The translations under genes and the position numbers were made by a program. Below are positions 36,752 through 45,182 of a stretch of DNA of 58,038 nt, piece by piece. This stretch comes from a virus (Duplodnaviria > Caudoviricetes). The stretch lies in IMG/VR virus record IMGVR_UViG_3300042890_002798, positions 1 to 58,038 of that record; one strand, given 5' to 3'. Each line of letters starts with the position of its first letter. Position 1 is the first letter of the stretch. The notes below the pieces were generated by a model. The model was given only the letters and a program-made list of their open reading frames with translations. It was not told the origin of the DNA and made no database searches.

Positions 36752-36805
36752 GGTCTCATCAGCAGCCGCCTTACGGCTGGACAGGGCCGGAGCCCTGTTT
36801 CGACC
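36752..36805 (-). ncRNA. Type II hammerhead ribozyme
   Basis: Minus strand GGUC-GAAA-CAGGGC(UCCG)GCCCUG-UC-CAGCCG(UAAGG)CGGCUG-CUGAUGA-GACC: complete core and three perfect stems. Confidence 0.92.
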
Positions 36806-36988
36806 TTAGTTCAGGAAATCAGATGGGAATTTAGCTTCGATTTCGTATCCCATATCTTTGATCTGCTTCAGAGCATCTTTTGTCAGTGTCTTGGTCCCAA
36901 GGAGCTTGGCAAATTTATTAGCCATATCGCAGTGGGGATAAGCTTTGTCTTCGCCAAAAACGTTTTTGATCAGGACGGTGATTTTCAT
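36806..36988 (-). CDS. Hypothetical early protein
   Basis: GGAG RBS; stop codon abuts the ribozyme. Confidence 0.7.
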   Translation of the reverse strand: MKITVLIKNVFGEDKAYPHCDMANKFAKLLGTKTLTKDALKQIKDMGYEIEAKFPSDFLN

Positions 36989-37021
36989 TTTGTCTCTCCA
37001 AGGTTTGTGTTTATGTCCCTA

Positions 37022-37088
37022 TAAATACCGTTCTAAATAAAATCTGTCAAGCCCTTTTTGTTGCAAAGTGCGAAAAATCTGGTATAGT
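37022..37088. promoter_or_regulatory. Back-to-back promoters
   Basis: Minus: TTGACA-17-TATTTA; plus: TTGCAA-16-TATAGT (37061-37088). Confidence 0.6.
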
Positions 37089-37179
37089 TTAAAACTCCTT
37101 GAGAGGCCAAGGACTTGCGCAGGTCCGAACGCGGAATGCCGACAGCAAGGGTAGCGTCTTGCCCTGGAGAAGATGGCGG

Positions 37180-37404
37180 ATGGCGATTAACTGGGCCAAA
37201 TATGGTTTGCTGGCGAAACCCGGTCCTGAAGGCGGTCCCTATGTAATAGAACCCGGATCCTGGGAGCTGATCGACGAATTCCTCGCTGAGCTAAAAGCCC
37301 ATGACGAAGCCCGCAAATCCGGTCGTGTCGTCATCGCAGTAGACTTCAAGACAAAGAAGATAAAAGACCATAAGGACAACCCGGACAGTTTCTTCAATTT
37401 CTAG
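37180..37404 (+). CDS. Hypothetical protein
   Basis: GGAG upstream; start uncertain. Confidence 0.5.
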   Translation: MAINWAKYGLLAKPGPEGGPYVIEPGSWELIDEFLAELKAHDEARKSGRVVIAVDFKTKKIKDHKDNPDSFFNF

Positions 37405-37418
37405 AGAAAGATCCACCT

Positions 37419-37595
37419 ATGCCCACACAAACCAACGAAACCCGTATGGTCGAACTATTCGAGCGCTTAGTAATAAAGGTAGAGAGAATTTCAGAACACC
37501 TTGAGCTATATTCAGGCATTCTCAAAGACACCCTCGAAGAAGAGGGAAAATGCAATAAAGAGATAAAGACAAAGATCGAGCAGGGAATTGTTTGA
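37419..37595 (+). CDS. Hypothetical protein, 58 aa
   Basis: Manual translation MPTQTNETRMVELFERL... Confidence 0.45.
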   Translation: MPTQTNETRMVELFERLVIKVERISEHLELYSGILKDTLEEEGKCNKEIKTKIEQGIV

Positions 37596-37651
37596 TAAAT
37601 CAAATATATACAAGATAGAGTTAAAGTGCCCAAAAAAGGAATTTCCCGATC

Positions 37652-39016
37652 ATGAAAAAGATTTGGCCTGCTGATAAGGTAGAAAGAAGAGAAGTCAATA
37701 AGTTAGTGCCTTATGCGAGGAACGCCAGAACGCATTCTCCTGAGCAGATTGACCAGATCGCGGCGAGCATTCGGGAGTGGGGCTGGACAACGCCTGTTCT
37801 GATTGACGAGGAAGGCGGTTTGATCGCTGGCCATGGTCGTGTCATGGCTGCCAAGAAGCTCGGGATCGGCGAGATTCCCGTGATGGTCGCGTCTGGCTGG
37901 TCTGATGCCCAGAAAAAGGCTTACGTTCTGGCTGACAATAAACTGGCGCTAAACGCCGGCTGGGACACGGAAATGCTCAAGATCGAATTGTCCGATCTCT
38001 CTGAGATGGACTTTAACCTGGACTTGACCGGGTTTGGCCCTGATGAACTGGCAATCCTGCTGGCGGAGAAAACGGAAGGTTTAACGGATCCCGATGAAAC
38101 GCCCGAACCGCCTGCTGAACCGGTTAGCGTTCTTGGCGATGTTTGGATTCTTGGGAATCATAGGTTGGTATGTGGAGATGCCACCAATGTTAATGACTGG
38201 AATACTTTAAAAGTAAGCCATGGATTCATTCTTTTTACTTCTCCACCTTACAATCTTGGTAGTGGGGCAAAATTAAGCGGCAATAAGTCCATAAGCAAGA
38301 ATGGCAACGCTTACGGTGATTACACAGATAATGTGTCATCTAACGAATATTTTTGCCTATTAGATTCAATACTTTCTACTTCTATGACATTTGTTGATCT
38401 ATCTGTTATAAATGTCCAGCCGTTGGCTAATTCAAAAAGGCCAATAATTGAGTGGATGGGCAAATGGGCGACAAATCTTATTGACATAGTCACTTGGGAT
38501 AAGGGCCATGCAGCACCACCGATGGCTAAAGGTGTGATGTCGAGTCGTTATGAATGGATATTTTTATTCTCAAATAAGGAAAACGCATCTAGATCAATAC
38601 CATATTCTTCCTGGCAGGGAAAATTCAGCAACGTATATAACGCGCCGCCGCAGCGGAATAATGAATTTGCCAGCGTTCATGGCGCTACATTTCCTGTGCA
38701 TTTGCCAGAATACATAGTTGGGGATCTTGTAAACAGATGCAGAGGCGTGGTCGATTGTTTTATGGGAACGGGAACAACGATGATTGCTGCTGAGAAATTA
38801 GGTCGAGAATGCCGAGGTATTGAAATCAGTCCGGCCTATGTAGACATCTGTGTGGAAAGATGGCAGAATTTCACGGGAAAAGAAGCTCATCTGGAATCTA
38901 ATGGAGAGTCTTTTAATAATTTGAAGGCGAAAAAAAATCATGTCCAACGATCAGAAAGTAAAGAAACCGGGAATGCCTCCCTTCAAGCCGACGGAAGAAA
39001 ACCGGAAGATGGTTGA
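37652..39016 (+). CDS. ParB-like domain fused to an N4-C/N6-A DNA methyltransferase
   Basis: PYARNARTH..IAGHGR..LADN; FTSPPYN; H.ATFP; DCFMGTGTT. Confidence 0.92.
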   Translation: MKKIWPADKVERREVNKLVPYARNARTHSPEQIDQIAASIREWGWTTPVLIDEEGGLIAGHGRVMAAKKLGIGEIPVMVASGWSDAQKKAYVLADNKLALNAGWDTEMLKIELSDLSEMDFNLDLTGFGPDELAILLAEKTEGLTDPDETPEPPAEPVSVLGDVWILGNHRLVCGDATNVNDWNTLKVSHGFILFTSPPYNLGSGAKLSGNKSISKNGNAYGDYTDNVSSNEYFCLLDSILSTSMTFVDLSVINVQPLANSKRPIIEWMGKWATNLIDIVTWDKGHAAPPMAKGVMSSRYEWIFLFSNKENASRSIPYSSWQGKFSNVYNAPPQRNNEFASVHGATFPVHLPEYIVGDLVNRCRGVVDCFMGTGTTMIAAEKLGRECRGIEISPAYVDICVERWQNFTGKEAHLESNGESFNNLKAKKNHVQRSESKETGNASLQADGRKPEDG

Positions 39017-39353
39017 GGCCATGTCCAGCTTCGGAATGCCTCAGGCTCAGATATGCACGGTTCTGGATATAGATCCTAAAACCTTGAGGAAATATTTCCG
39101 CGAGGAATTGGACAAGGCTATGATCAAGGCCAATGCCAAGGTCGCGGCTAATCTATTCCGCCAGGCCACCAAGGATGACTTTAAGGCTACGACGGCTGCT
39201 ATATTCTGGTCAAAGACCCGGATGGGCTGGAAAGAGCCTGTTCACATGGAGCATTCCGGTTCATTAAGCGTGAATTTCAAAGGCATGTCAGACGATGAGC
39301 TTGACGACTTTATCGCGGAGCAAACGGGAAACCTTAGCGGAAGCTTTGATTGA
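38940..39353 (+). CDS. terS: Terminase small subunit
   Basis: HTH (IDPKTLRKYFREEL), AAIFW.KTR.GWKE; directly upstream of terL. Confidence 0.8.
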   Translation: MSNDQKVKKPGMPPFKPTEENRKMVEAMSSFGMPQAQICTVLDIDPKTLRKYFREELDKAMIKANAKVAANLFRQATKDDFKATTAAIFWSKTRMGWKEPVHMEHSGSLSVNFKGMSDDELDDFIAEQTGNLSGSFD

Positions 39354-40992
39354 AAAATCGCGCCGCCAATGCGAAGCCTCGTTTGTTCACTTTGTCAAGA
39401 AAGCATGGCCCAATATTGAGCCCGGAAACAATTTGATATGGGGATGGCATATGAATGCCATTTGCGAACATCTTGAGGCCGTTTATTATGGAGAAATCAA
39501 TCGTTTACTTATAAATGTTCCTCCTGGGTTTTCTAAATCGCTTTTGACATCTGTGTTCTTTCCGAGTTGGTGTTGGGCGAAGGATCCGCATCTGCGGTTT
39601 TTGTGCGCATCCCATACGCAAAGTCTGGCTATTCGCGATTCGACAAAAATGCGTCGGCTTGTCCAAAGCGATTGGTATCAGGCTCGATGGGGCGACAAGA
39701 TCATTCTTACCGGCGACCAGAACGCCAAGACCAAATTCGAGAATAAAGCGACAGGCTTTAGAGAGGCTGTGGCTGCTGGCTCGATCACTGGCTCCAGAGG
39801 CGACATCGTTATCATTGACGATCCGCATTCTGTCGAGGGCGCTGCGTCTGAGGCCATGCGCAATTCTACGATTGAATGGTTTCTTGAGGCCGTTCCGACT
39901 CGCTTGAACAATCCCGAAACGTCGTCGATTGTTGTCATTATGCAGCGCCTCAATGAGGGCGATGTATCTGGCGTAATCATTGATAAGCAGCTTGGGTATG
40001 AGCATCTCTGCCTGCCGATGGAATTCGAAGAAGACCGGCGATGCGAGACCAGCATAGGCTTTGTAGATCCGCGTGAGGAAGAGGGCGAGCTACTATTCCC
40101 GGATCGATTCCCGCGTGAGGTTGTCGAACGGGACAAAAGGGTTATGGGGCCGTTCGCCACTGCCGGCCAGTTCCAGCAGCGCCCATCTCCCAGAGGAGGC
40201 GGCATTATCCAGCGATCCTGGTGGCAGCTTTACGACGACAACGAAGCCGCAGCTCAGGGACTGAACAGCGGCATGACCTATCCGGATATGGATTACATCG
40301 TCGCCTCGCTGGACACTGCCTATACCGAGAAGCAGGAGAACGACGCCAGCTATCTGACGATCTGGGGAATCTGGCAGCGCGGCGGCTCAGCGGCAAAATC
40401 CATTCTCTCCGTCAAGGGCGAGCGCATCGACCTGATTGACGACAGGGATACGATCCCATGCGCCATGCTGATGCACGCAAAGGAGATGCGCTTGCAGGTT
40501 CATGGCTCGAATGTATTGCGGGAGCCCGGAGAGACTGAGGCCGCTTTCAGAATCAGGCAGAGGGCTGCATGGGGTCTGGTCGAGTGGGTCACGCATATGT
40601 GCAACCAGTTCAAGGTTGACCTGCTGCTGATCGAGGCGAAGGCCAACGGCATGACTGTCGCGGATGAGATCAAGAGATTGAACCGGACGACGAACTGGTC
40701 GGTTCAGTTGATCAATCCCGGCAGCGCGGACAAGGTCGCCAGAGCCTATGCCGCTCAGGCTACATTCTCGAATGGCCAGGTCTGGGCTCCGGATCGGGAC
40801 TGGGCTGATAAGGTCATCACCCAGTGCGAGATGTTCCCGAAGGGCAGGCATGACGACGCTGTGGACTCCACCACACAGGCGCTGAATTATCTCAGGAAGC
40901 GCGGCTTTCTGCATCGTCAGGAAGATATCCTTGCTGACATTGGCGAGAGAGCGACCTACAAAAAGCCGGTCAAACCTATTTACGACACCTAG
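39295..40992 (+). CDS. terL: Terminase large subunit
   Basis: LLINVPPG.SKS; IIDDPH; IMQRL; LDTA; IEAKANG; FP.G.HDD.VD. Confidence 0.95.
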   Translation: MSLTTLSRSKRETLAEALIEKSRRQCEASFVHFVKKAWPNIEPGNNLIWGWHMNAICEHLEAVYYGEINRLLINVPPGFSKSLLTSVFFPSWCWAKDPHLRFLCASHTQSLAIRDSTKMRRLVQSDWYQARWGDKIILTGDQNAKTKFENKATGFREAVAAGSITGSRGDIVIIDDPHSVEGAASEAMRNSTIEWFLEAVPTRLNNPETSSIVVIMQRLNEGDVSGVIIDKQLGYEHLCLPMEFEEDRRCETSIGFVDPREEEGELLFPDRFPREVVERDKRVMGPFATAGQFQQRPSPRGGGIIQRSWWQLYDDNEAAAQGLNSGMTYPDMDYIVASLDTAYTEKQENDASYLTIWGIWQRGGSAAKSILSVKGERIDLIDDRDTIPCAMLMHAKEMRLQVHGSNVLREPGETEAAFRIRQRAAWGLVEWVTHMCNQFKVDLLLIEAKANGMTVADEIKRLNRTTNWSVQLINPGSADKVARAYAAQATFSNGQVWAPDRDWADKVITQCEMFPKGRHDDAVDSTTQALNYLRKRGFLHRQEDILADIGERATYKKPVKPIYDT

Positions 40993-41359
40993 CCTTCGTG
41001 GTATAGGAAATATAGTTGCCTGTAAGAACAACCCATCTCCCAAATGTCCACAATATTGTCAGAACAAAAAGGTGACGCCATGCTCAAAGCCATTTTTGCG
41101 ATTATTGCGTTTATCGGCATTTACATAAGCCTTTGGTATTTGTTCCAAAGCACTGGTGGGGGCGTAGGATGATCGTCCATATTTTCACAGCCATCGGCGT
41201 CTACACCGTTGGAATGTGTCTGGTGCGGATCGTGCTGGCGCTTATGGGCGATCGGACGGGAAATAGCGGACGCTACAAAATGTGGGACGAGGAAGATGAC
41301 TGAATACGCAAGTGCGTATATCTCAATTTAATACGCAAACCCGTATAGGGAGAGAAGGT

Positions 41360-41578
41360 ATGATCGACTACAGCAAACTCGCAAAAACCATGTGGGACGC
41401 TTATTGCGCTCATGCCGGTGGGAAGACGTTTGACGGGAAACCGCTGCCGACATGGGACGAGCTTGGCGATGAGCGTCAGGGCTGCTGGATCGCCGCCGCC
41501 GAAGCTGCTTTCGCTGAACTGACGAAACCGACAGATCGGGAAATATTTCGGCTTTATTCCAGCCCCACGCCGCGCTGA
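41360..41578 (+). CDS. Hypothetical protein
   Basis: AY....GGK..DG.PLP.W.EL.....W; RBS present. Confidence 0.65.
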   Translation: MIDYSKLAKTMWDAYCAHAGGKTFDGKPLPTWDELGDERQGCWIAAAEAAFAELTKPTDREIFRLYSSPTPR

Positions 41579-41591
41579 AGGGAAAGAAGGG

Positions 41592-41825
41592 ATGACAAAC
41601 AAACCGGAAGAAGGTCCGCATGTGCCGGACACTGTGGCGCTTCTTGAAGCGCAGGCGAAGGAGATTGCGGAGAAGGATGCCCGCATCGCGGAATTGGAGG
41701 CGGCGCTGAAAGAATCTGACGAATCTTTGGGATGGCTAATATCGAAATATGTATGCGAGCTTGTTAATCATGACGACAGGGCACGCATACTCGCCGCGAT
41801 GAATGGAGAGAATTACAATGGATAA
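41592..41825 (+). CDS. Hypothetical coiled-coil protein
   Basis: KDARIAELEAAL. Confidence 0.6.
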   Translation: MTNKPEEGPHVPDTVALLEAQAKEIAEKDARIAELEAALKESDESLGWLISKYVCELVNHDDRARILAAMNGENYNG

Positions 41826-42063
41826 TAAAACACTTCAAAGCTACATCGACCGTATGGTTAAGCTAAAGATGGAACAGCGCCAGCTCGCCGAGTTCCTGTC
41901 AGATGTTAAATTGGAGGCCAAATCCAATGGCTTCGACGTTGGCGCTCTTGATGAAGTCGTGGCTCGCATTGTGGCCAAGGAAGAACTTCTGAAAAAGCGC
42001 AAGGAGCGAGAAGAGATCGCCAGGGTATATGCCGAGGCTATCGGCCAGATGAGTCTGTTTTGA
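41818..42063 (+). CDS. gapR: GapR (DUF2312)-like nucleoid protein
   Basis: L.SYIDR...L..E......DV..EAKSNGFD.....V....Y..AIG. Confidence 0.8.
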   Translation: MDNKTLQSYIDRMVKLKMEQRQLAEFLSDVKLEAKSNGFDVGALDEVVARIVAKEELLKKRKEREEIARVYAEAIGQMSLF

Positions 42064-42089
42064 TATCATCAAGCGTAAGAGAGTAAGCC

Positions 42090-42608
42090 ATGAACATGTA
42101 CTATTACCGCTCAAATTCTCCGCTTGCCCTGAAGATCAACAAAATCCTTCGGGACAGGAGGATGGAATCCCAGGACAATAACCGGGAAAAAACAAAGATA
42201 TATTATATCACAAGCTCAAACTGGCGTGGCTTGAGAGGAAGAAATGAAGCGCCTCCTGAGTTAATGGACGCCCAGTTCCCATGGGCTCCGTTCAGATATC
42301 TGGACAGCATCATCCGTGAGGTAGAGTCGGAGTATGGCATCTCCTACGATGACATCAAGGGATCAAGGCGTTCTCCCAAAATGTCGTATGCCAGGCATGT
42401 TGTTTTCTATGTAGCCAAAGAAGCGACAAGCCTGAGCTATCCTGACATTGGCCGTCGCATGGGAGGCAAGGATCATACGACGATCTTGCATGGATACCAT
42501 CGGATTAAAAAGATCGTTGAGGCTGGCGGCGATGAAGCTGATAGAATTATAGCCTTAAAGGAAAAGGCAAAGAACCGTCGCGCTCACAGCGGATATTGGG
42601 GCTGCTAG
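42090..42608 (+). CDS. Protein with a DnaA C-terminal HTH domain
   Basis: AR...Y......SYPDIGRRMGGKDHTTILHG. Confidence 0.85.
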   Translation: MNMYYYRSNSPLALKINKILRDRRMESQDNNREKTKIYYITSSNWRGLRGRNEAPPELMDAQFPWAPFRYLDSIIREVESEYGISYDDIKGSRRSPKMSYARHVVFYVAKEATSLSYPDIGRRMGGKDHTTILHGYHRIKKIVEAGGDEADRIIALKEKAKNRRAHSGYWGC

Positions 42609-42614
42609 ACTGCC

Positions 42615-43025
42615 ATGACTCGTAAGATTGTCTTGACCGATGAGCAAATTGAAGCCCGGCTGGAGAAGAAAAGGCAGTATCAGAGAGAGTGGTCCAAAGC
42701 CAACCACGAAAGAAGATACGCCAGGCTAAAACAGCGCATGGCCGCTGATCCTGAATTTGAGTCGCAGGTGAAGAGTAGATGGGAGGCTAACCGAAAGAAG
42801 CGTCGGGCGAGTGGTGCTGACAAATACGAGTCTCCCGAATCCAAAGAGAAGCGCTTGAATCGTGAGCGTAGATATCGGGAGAAGAAAAAGCAGGAACGGA
42901 AGCTGGCTAATCCTGCTCCGCCAAAGCCAAAGGTGGAACAGAAGCCCAAAAAGTGCGTTACAAAGACAGAGGCGAAGAAAAAGCCCGGACGATTGCTGGC
43001 CCTCATGGGATGGGCCGGGTATTAG
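42615..43025 (+). CDS. Basic hypothetical protein
   Basis: Arg/Lys-rich ORF. Confidence 0.6.
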   Translation: MTRKIVLTDEQIEARLEKKRQYQREWSKANHERRYARLKQRMAADPEFESQVKSRWEANRKKRRASGADKYESPESKEKRLNRERRYREKKKQERKLANPAPPKPKVEQKPKKCVTKTEAKKKPGRLLALMGWAGY

Positions 43026-43037
43026 TCTGCTATGGCT

Positions 43038-43271
43038 TCAGCTTGTCTTTCCGCCTGGCAATGATGAAAGATCACCCACTGGTATCGTCTTGAAGCTTAA
43101 TCTGATCGCCCGAAGCATTAACAGGGCTTCCTTCTTGGCTTCATCGTCTCTGACATGATCGACAAGCGCGAGAAGCTTTGTAAAGCTGGCTGCTCTAGCT
43201 GCCACAGGATCTATTGGGGCTTCATCAAACGGAGGCACATCAACATCCGAATAGTCTTCATCGTCTGACAT
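43038..43271 (-). CDS. Hypothetical protein
   Basis: GGAG RBS before MSDDED. Confidence 0.6.
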   Translation of the reverse strand: MSDDEDYSDVDVPPFDEAPIDPVAARAASFTKLLALVDHVRDDEAKKEALLMLRAIRLSFKTIPVGDLSSLPGGKTS

Positions 43272-43464
43272 TTTTCTTCTCCCGACATCTGAATGGCATG
43301 ATGGGCTCTCCGTCCTTGCGCCACTCCATGAGAATAGAATAATTATTGTGGGGAGGCCCAAGGTTTAGCGGATTTTCCCAGCCAAGCTCTAATGCTTTCT
43401 CAAACCACGCATGTGGAACGTAGAGAAATATTCTTTCACTTTTTGATTTTTTTTGATCGTTCAT
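43258..43464 (-). CDS. Hypothetical protein
   Basis: GGAG RBS; YVPH......LGW...H..YS.LM.W. Confidence 0.6.
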   Translation of the reverse strand: MNDQKKSKSERIFLYVPHAWFEKALELGWENPLNLGPPHNNYSILMEWRKDGEPIMPFRCREKKNVRR

Positions 43465-44512
43465 ATTCACTCCGTAGTGCGTCCAGAAAAATAACGCCAC
43501 GTTCAACAGTTGGAGCTGTCCAGATCCGGTTGGGAGATGTTTCAGGTTCACGCGGATCAATGATCACCAATGCGCCAGGAAAGATCGGATGCTTCTTTAG
43601 CCCTAGCTGCTTGGCATAGCTGTCTGCGACCTTGTATCCAGAAACCCGGACGATCTGGGCCACTAGCCCGTCAGGCGTGACCAAGGTTTCCTGTGCGCCA
43701 GTGTGTTTGTGGCCACAAATCACCAGATGATCGCGGAAGCCCATCAGAAGCTCACGACGCGGCCCATGAAGCTGGCTATAGATAGATGTGCCTGGAAAAT
43801 CATGGCGAGCGTGGATACGGGTTTTAGCGCCACACGGATGCTGTAGCTCGATCCTGACGCCATGCGGCTCGTATAGCGAACCCTGTTTGCCGGCGATCCA
43901 TTCCAGCGGATCTCCCTGGCCCTGCCATAAGTCATGATTTCCGGCCACCAGAAACAGCCATTGCAGCGGCTCAACAAGCCATTCGACCAGCTTCCATGCC
44001 TCGCGTGCCGTTACCTGTTGCTCACCATACAGGACGCCCAGCCTGCCGATCCAGCCGTTTTGATAGTCGCCGACAGACGCAGCCAGAACATACGGGTGGC
44101 TGATCGCTATATCCCGGTGCGCGGCGAGCAGTTCAAAATCACATCCAGCATCGTCCACATGCGGATCGCCCAAAACAAGGAGGCCAAAAGGCCCATCAAT
44201 GTGGACTGGAATATGAATGAGATCGCGCGCTTCATCGGCTGTCTTTGCTCTGCGGCTCTCTTCAATTTTGTCTGCAATTAGCTGATCTATGTCGCGGCTT
44301 TTGCTGGGTAGCCTGGGGAGGGTGAATTTCTTGAGCTTGGCAACTCTGTGCTGCATAGCTCTTCGAGATATTCCCAAAGCAGTGGCTGCGGCACGGATAT
44401 TGTTATCATTGACCTCAAGCGCTTTACGCGTTTGCTCGAGCTCCTCACGCGTCAGCCCAAGATTGCGTGCCACCAGAGTCATCCTTTGATGATGGGTTAG
44501 TAATCCACTCAA
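43436..44512 (-). CDS. HTH-fused calcineurin-like metallophosphoesterase
   Basis: GDPH, GD, GNHD, H, GHKH motifs; N-terminal Fis-like HTH. Confidence 0.88.
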   Translation of the reverse strand: MSGLLTHHQRMTLVARNLGLTREELEQTRKALEVNDNNIRAAATALGISRRAMQHRVAKLKKFTLPRLPSKSRDIDQLIADKIEESRRAKTADEARDLIHIPVHIDGPFGLLVLGDPHVDDAGCDFELLAAHRDIAISHPYVLAASVGDYQNGWIGRLGVLYGEQQVTAREAWKLVEWLVEPLQWLFLVAGNHDLWQGQGDPLEWIAGKQGSLYEPHGVRIELQHPCGAKTRIHARHDFPGTSIYSQLHGPRRELLMGFRDHLVICGHKHTGAQETLVTPDGLVAQIVRVSGYKVADSYAKQLGLKKHPIFPGALVIIDPREPETSPNRIWTAPTVERGVIFLDALRSEYERSKKIKK

Positions 44513-44683
44513 TCGATCTGACGGAAGGCCGAAAAATCACAAAAAACTCTGTGGATCGCCCGTTTCCTATATTGACACTCTTTTTTCAGAGGCAATTTGC
44601 ATTCTAACAACAATAAGATAAGATTCAAGAAAAGCTTTCGTGTGGCTGACGCTCTCTTCCGGAGTAGATATTAGGAGGTTAGT

Positions 44684-44832
44684 ATGACTAAAATATTTAT
44701 TCCGGATTACTGGCCCTTCTGGAAGTCTGACATATCGCTCAGGATTCCAGGGATCCCTACGGCAAGCCTTTGATTGAGACTGCGAGAATGGACGCCATGG
44801 TATCTGGCTATGAGGCGGATAAAATTGTGTAA
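44684..44832 (+). pseudogene. Probable internally deleted gene remnant
   Basis: AGGAGG RBS, 29-aa ORF MTKIFIPDYWPF..., then DPYGKPLIETARMDA in another frame. Confidence 0.4.
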
Positions 44833-44945
44833 CTGTTTGATATTGAGGCAAATAATAAAACAGTTTGCAATGATCTGAAAATCATATATAAAAATATAAA
44901 GCCCGCATTTTGCCTTTGATTTATCAATGGGTTGGGGTTGCGCCA

Positions 44946-45167
44946 ATGATGACCCTGTTCCAGATCGAAGAGCGCCAGAGGGAAATTCAGAAACGTGTTG
45001 AAGAAATTGGCGATTTAATCGTAAGTAATGCTGGCGATCCTGAATCATTGTCGATTGAAATTGCAGGGTTAATTTCAGAGCTTTCTGAATTGCGCGGCAA
45101 GATAATTGAGCAGCACGAATTAATTATTGCTCTTGCTATTTGCGATTGCGTAGGCGGCCCGCACTAA
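44946..45167 (+). CDS. Hypothetical coiled-coil protein
   Basis: MMTLFQIEERQREIQ... Confidence 0.55.
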   Translation: MMTLFQIEERQREIQKRVEEIGDLIVSNAGDPESLSIEIAGLISELSELRGKIIEQHELIIALAICDCVGGPH

Positions 45168-45182
45168 TCTACAGGACAACTC

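Noticed and set aside
37099-37170. Possible riboswitch in the leader hairpins
   Set aside because: Only short stems, with no convincing match to a c-di-GMP or other aptamer core
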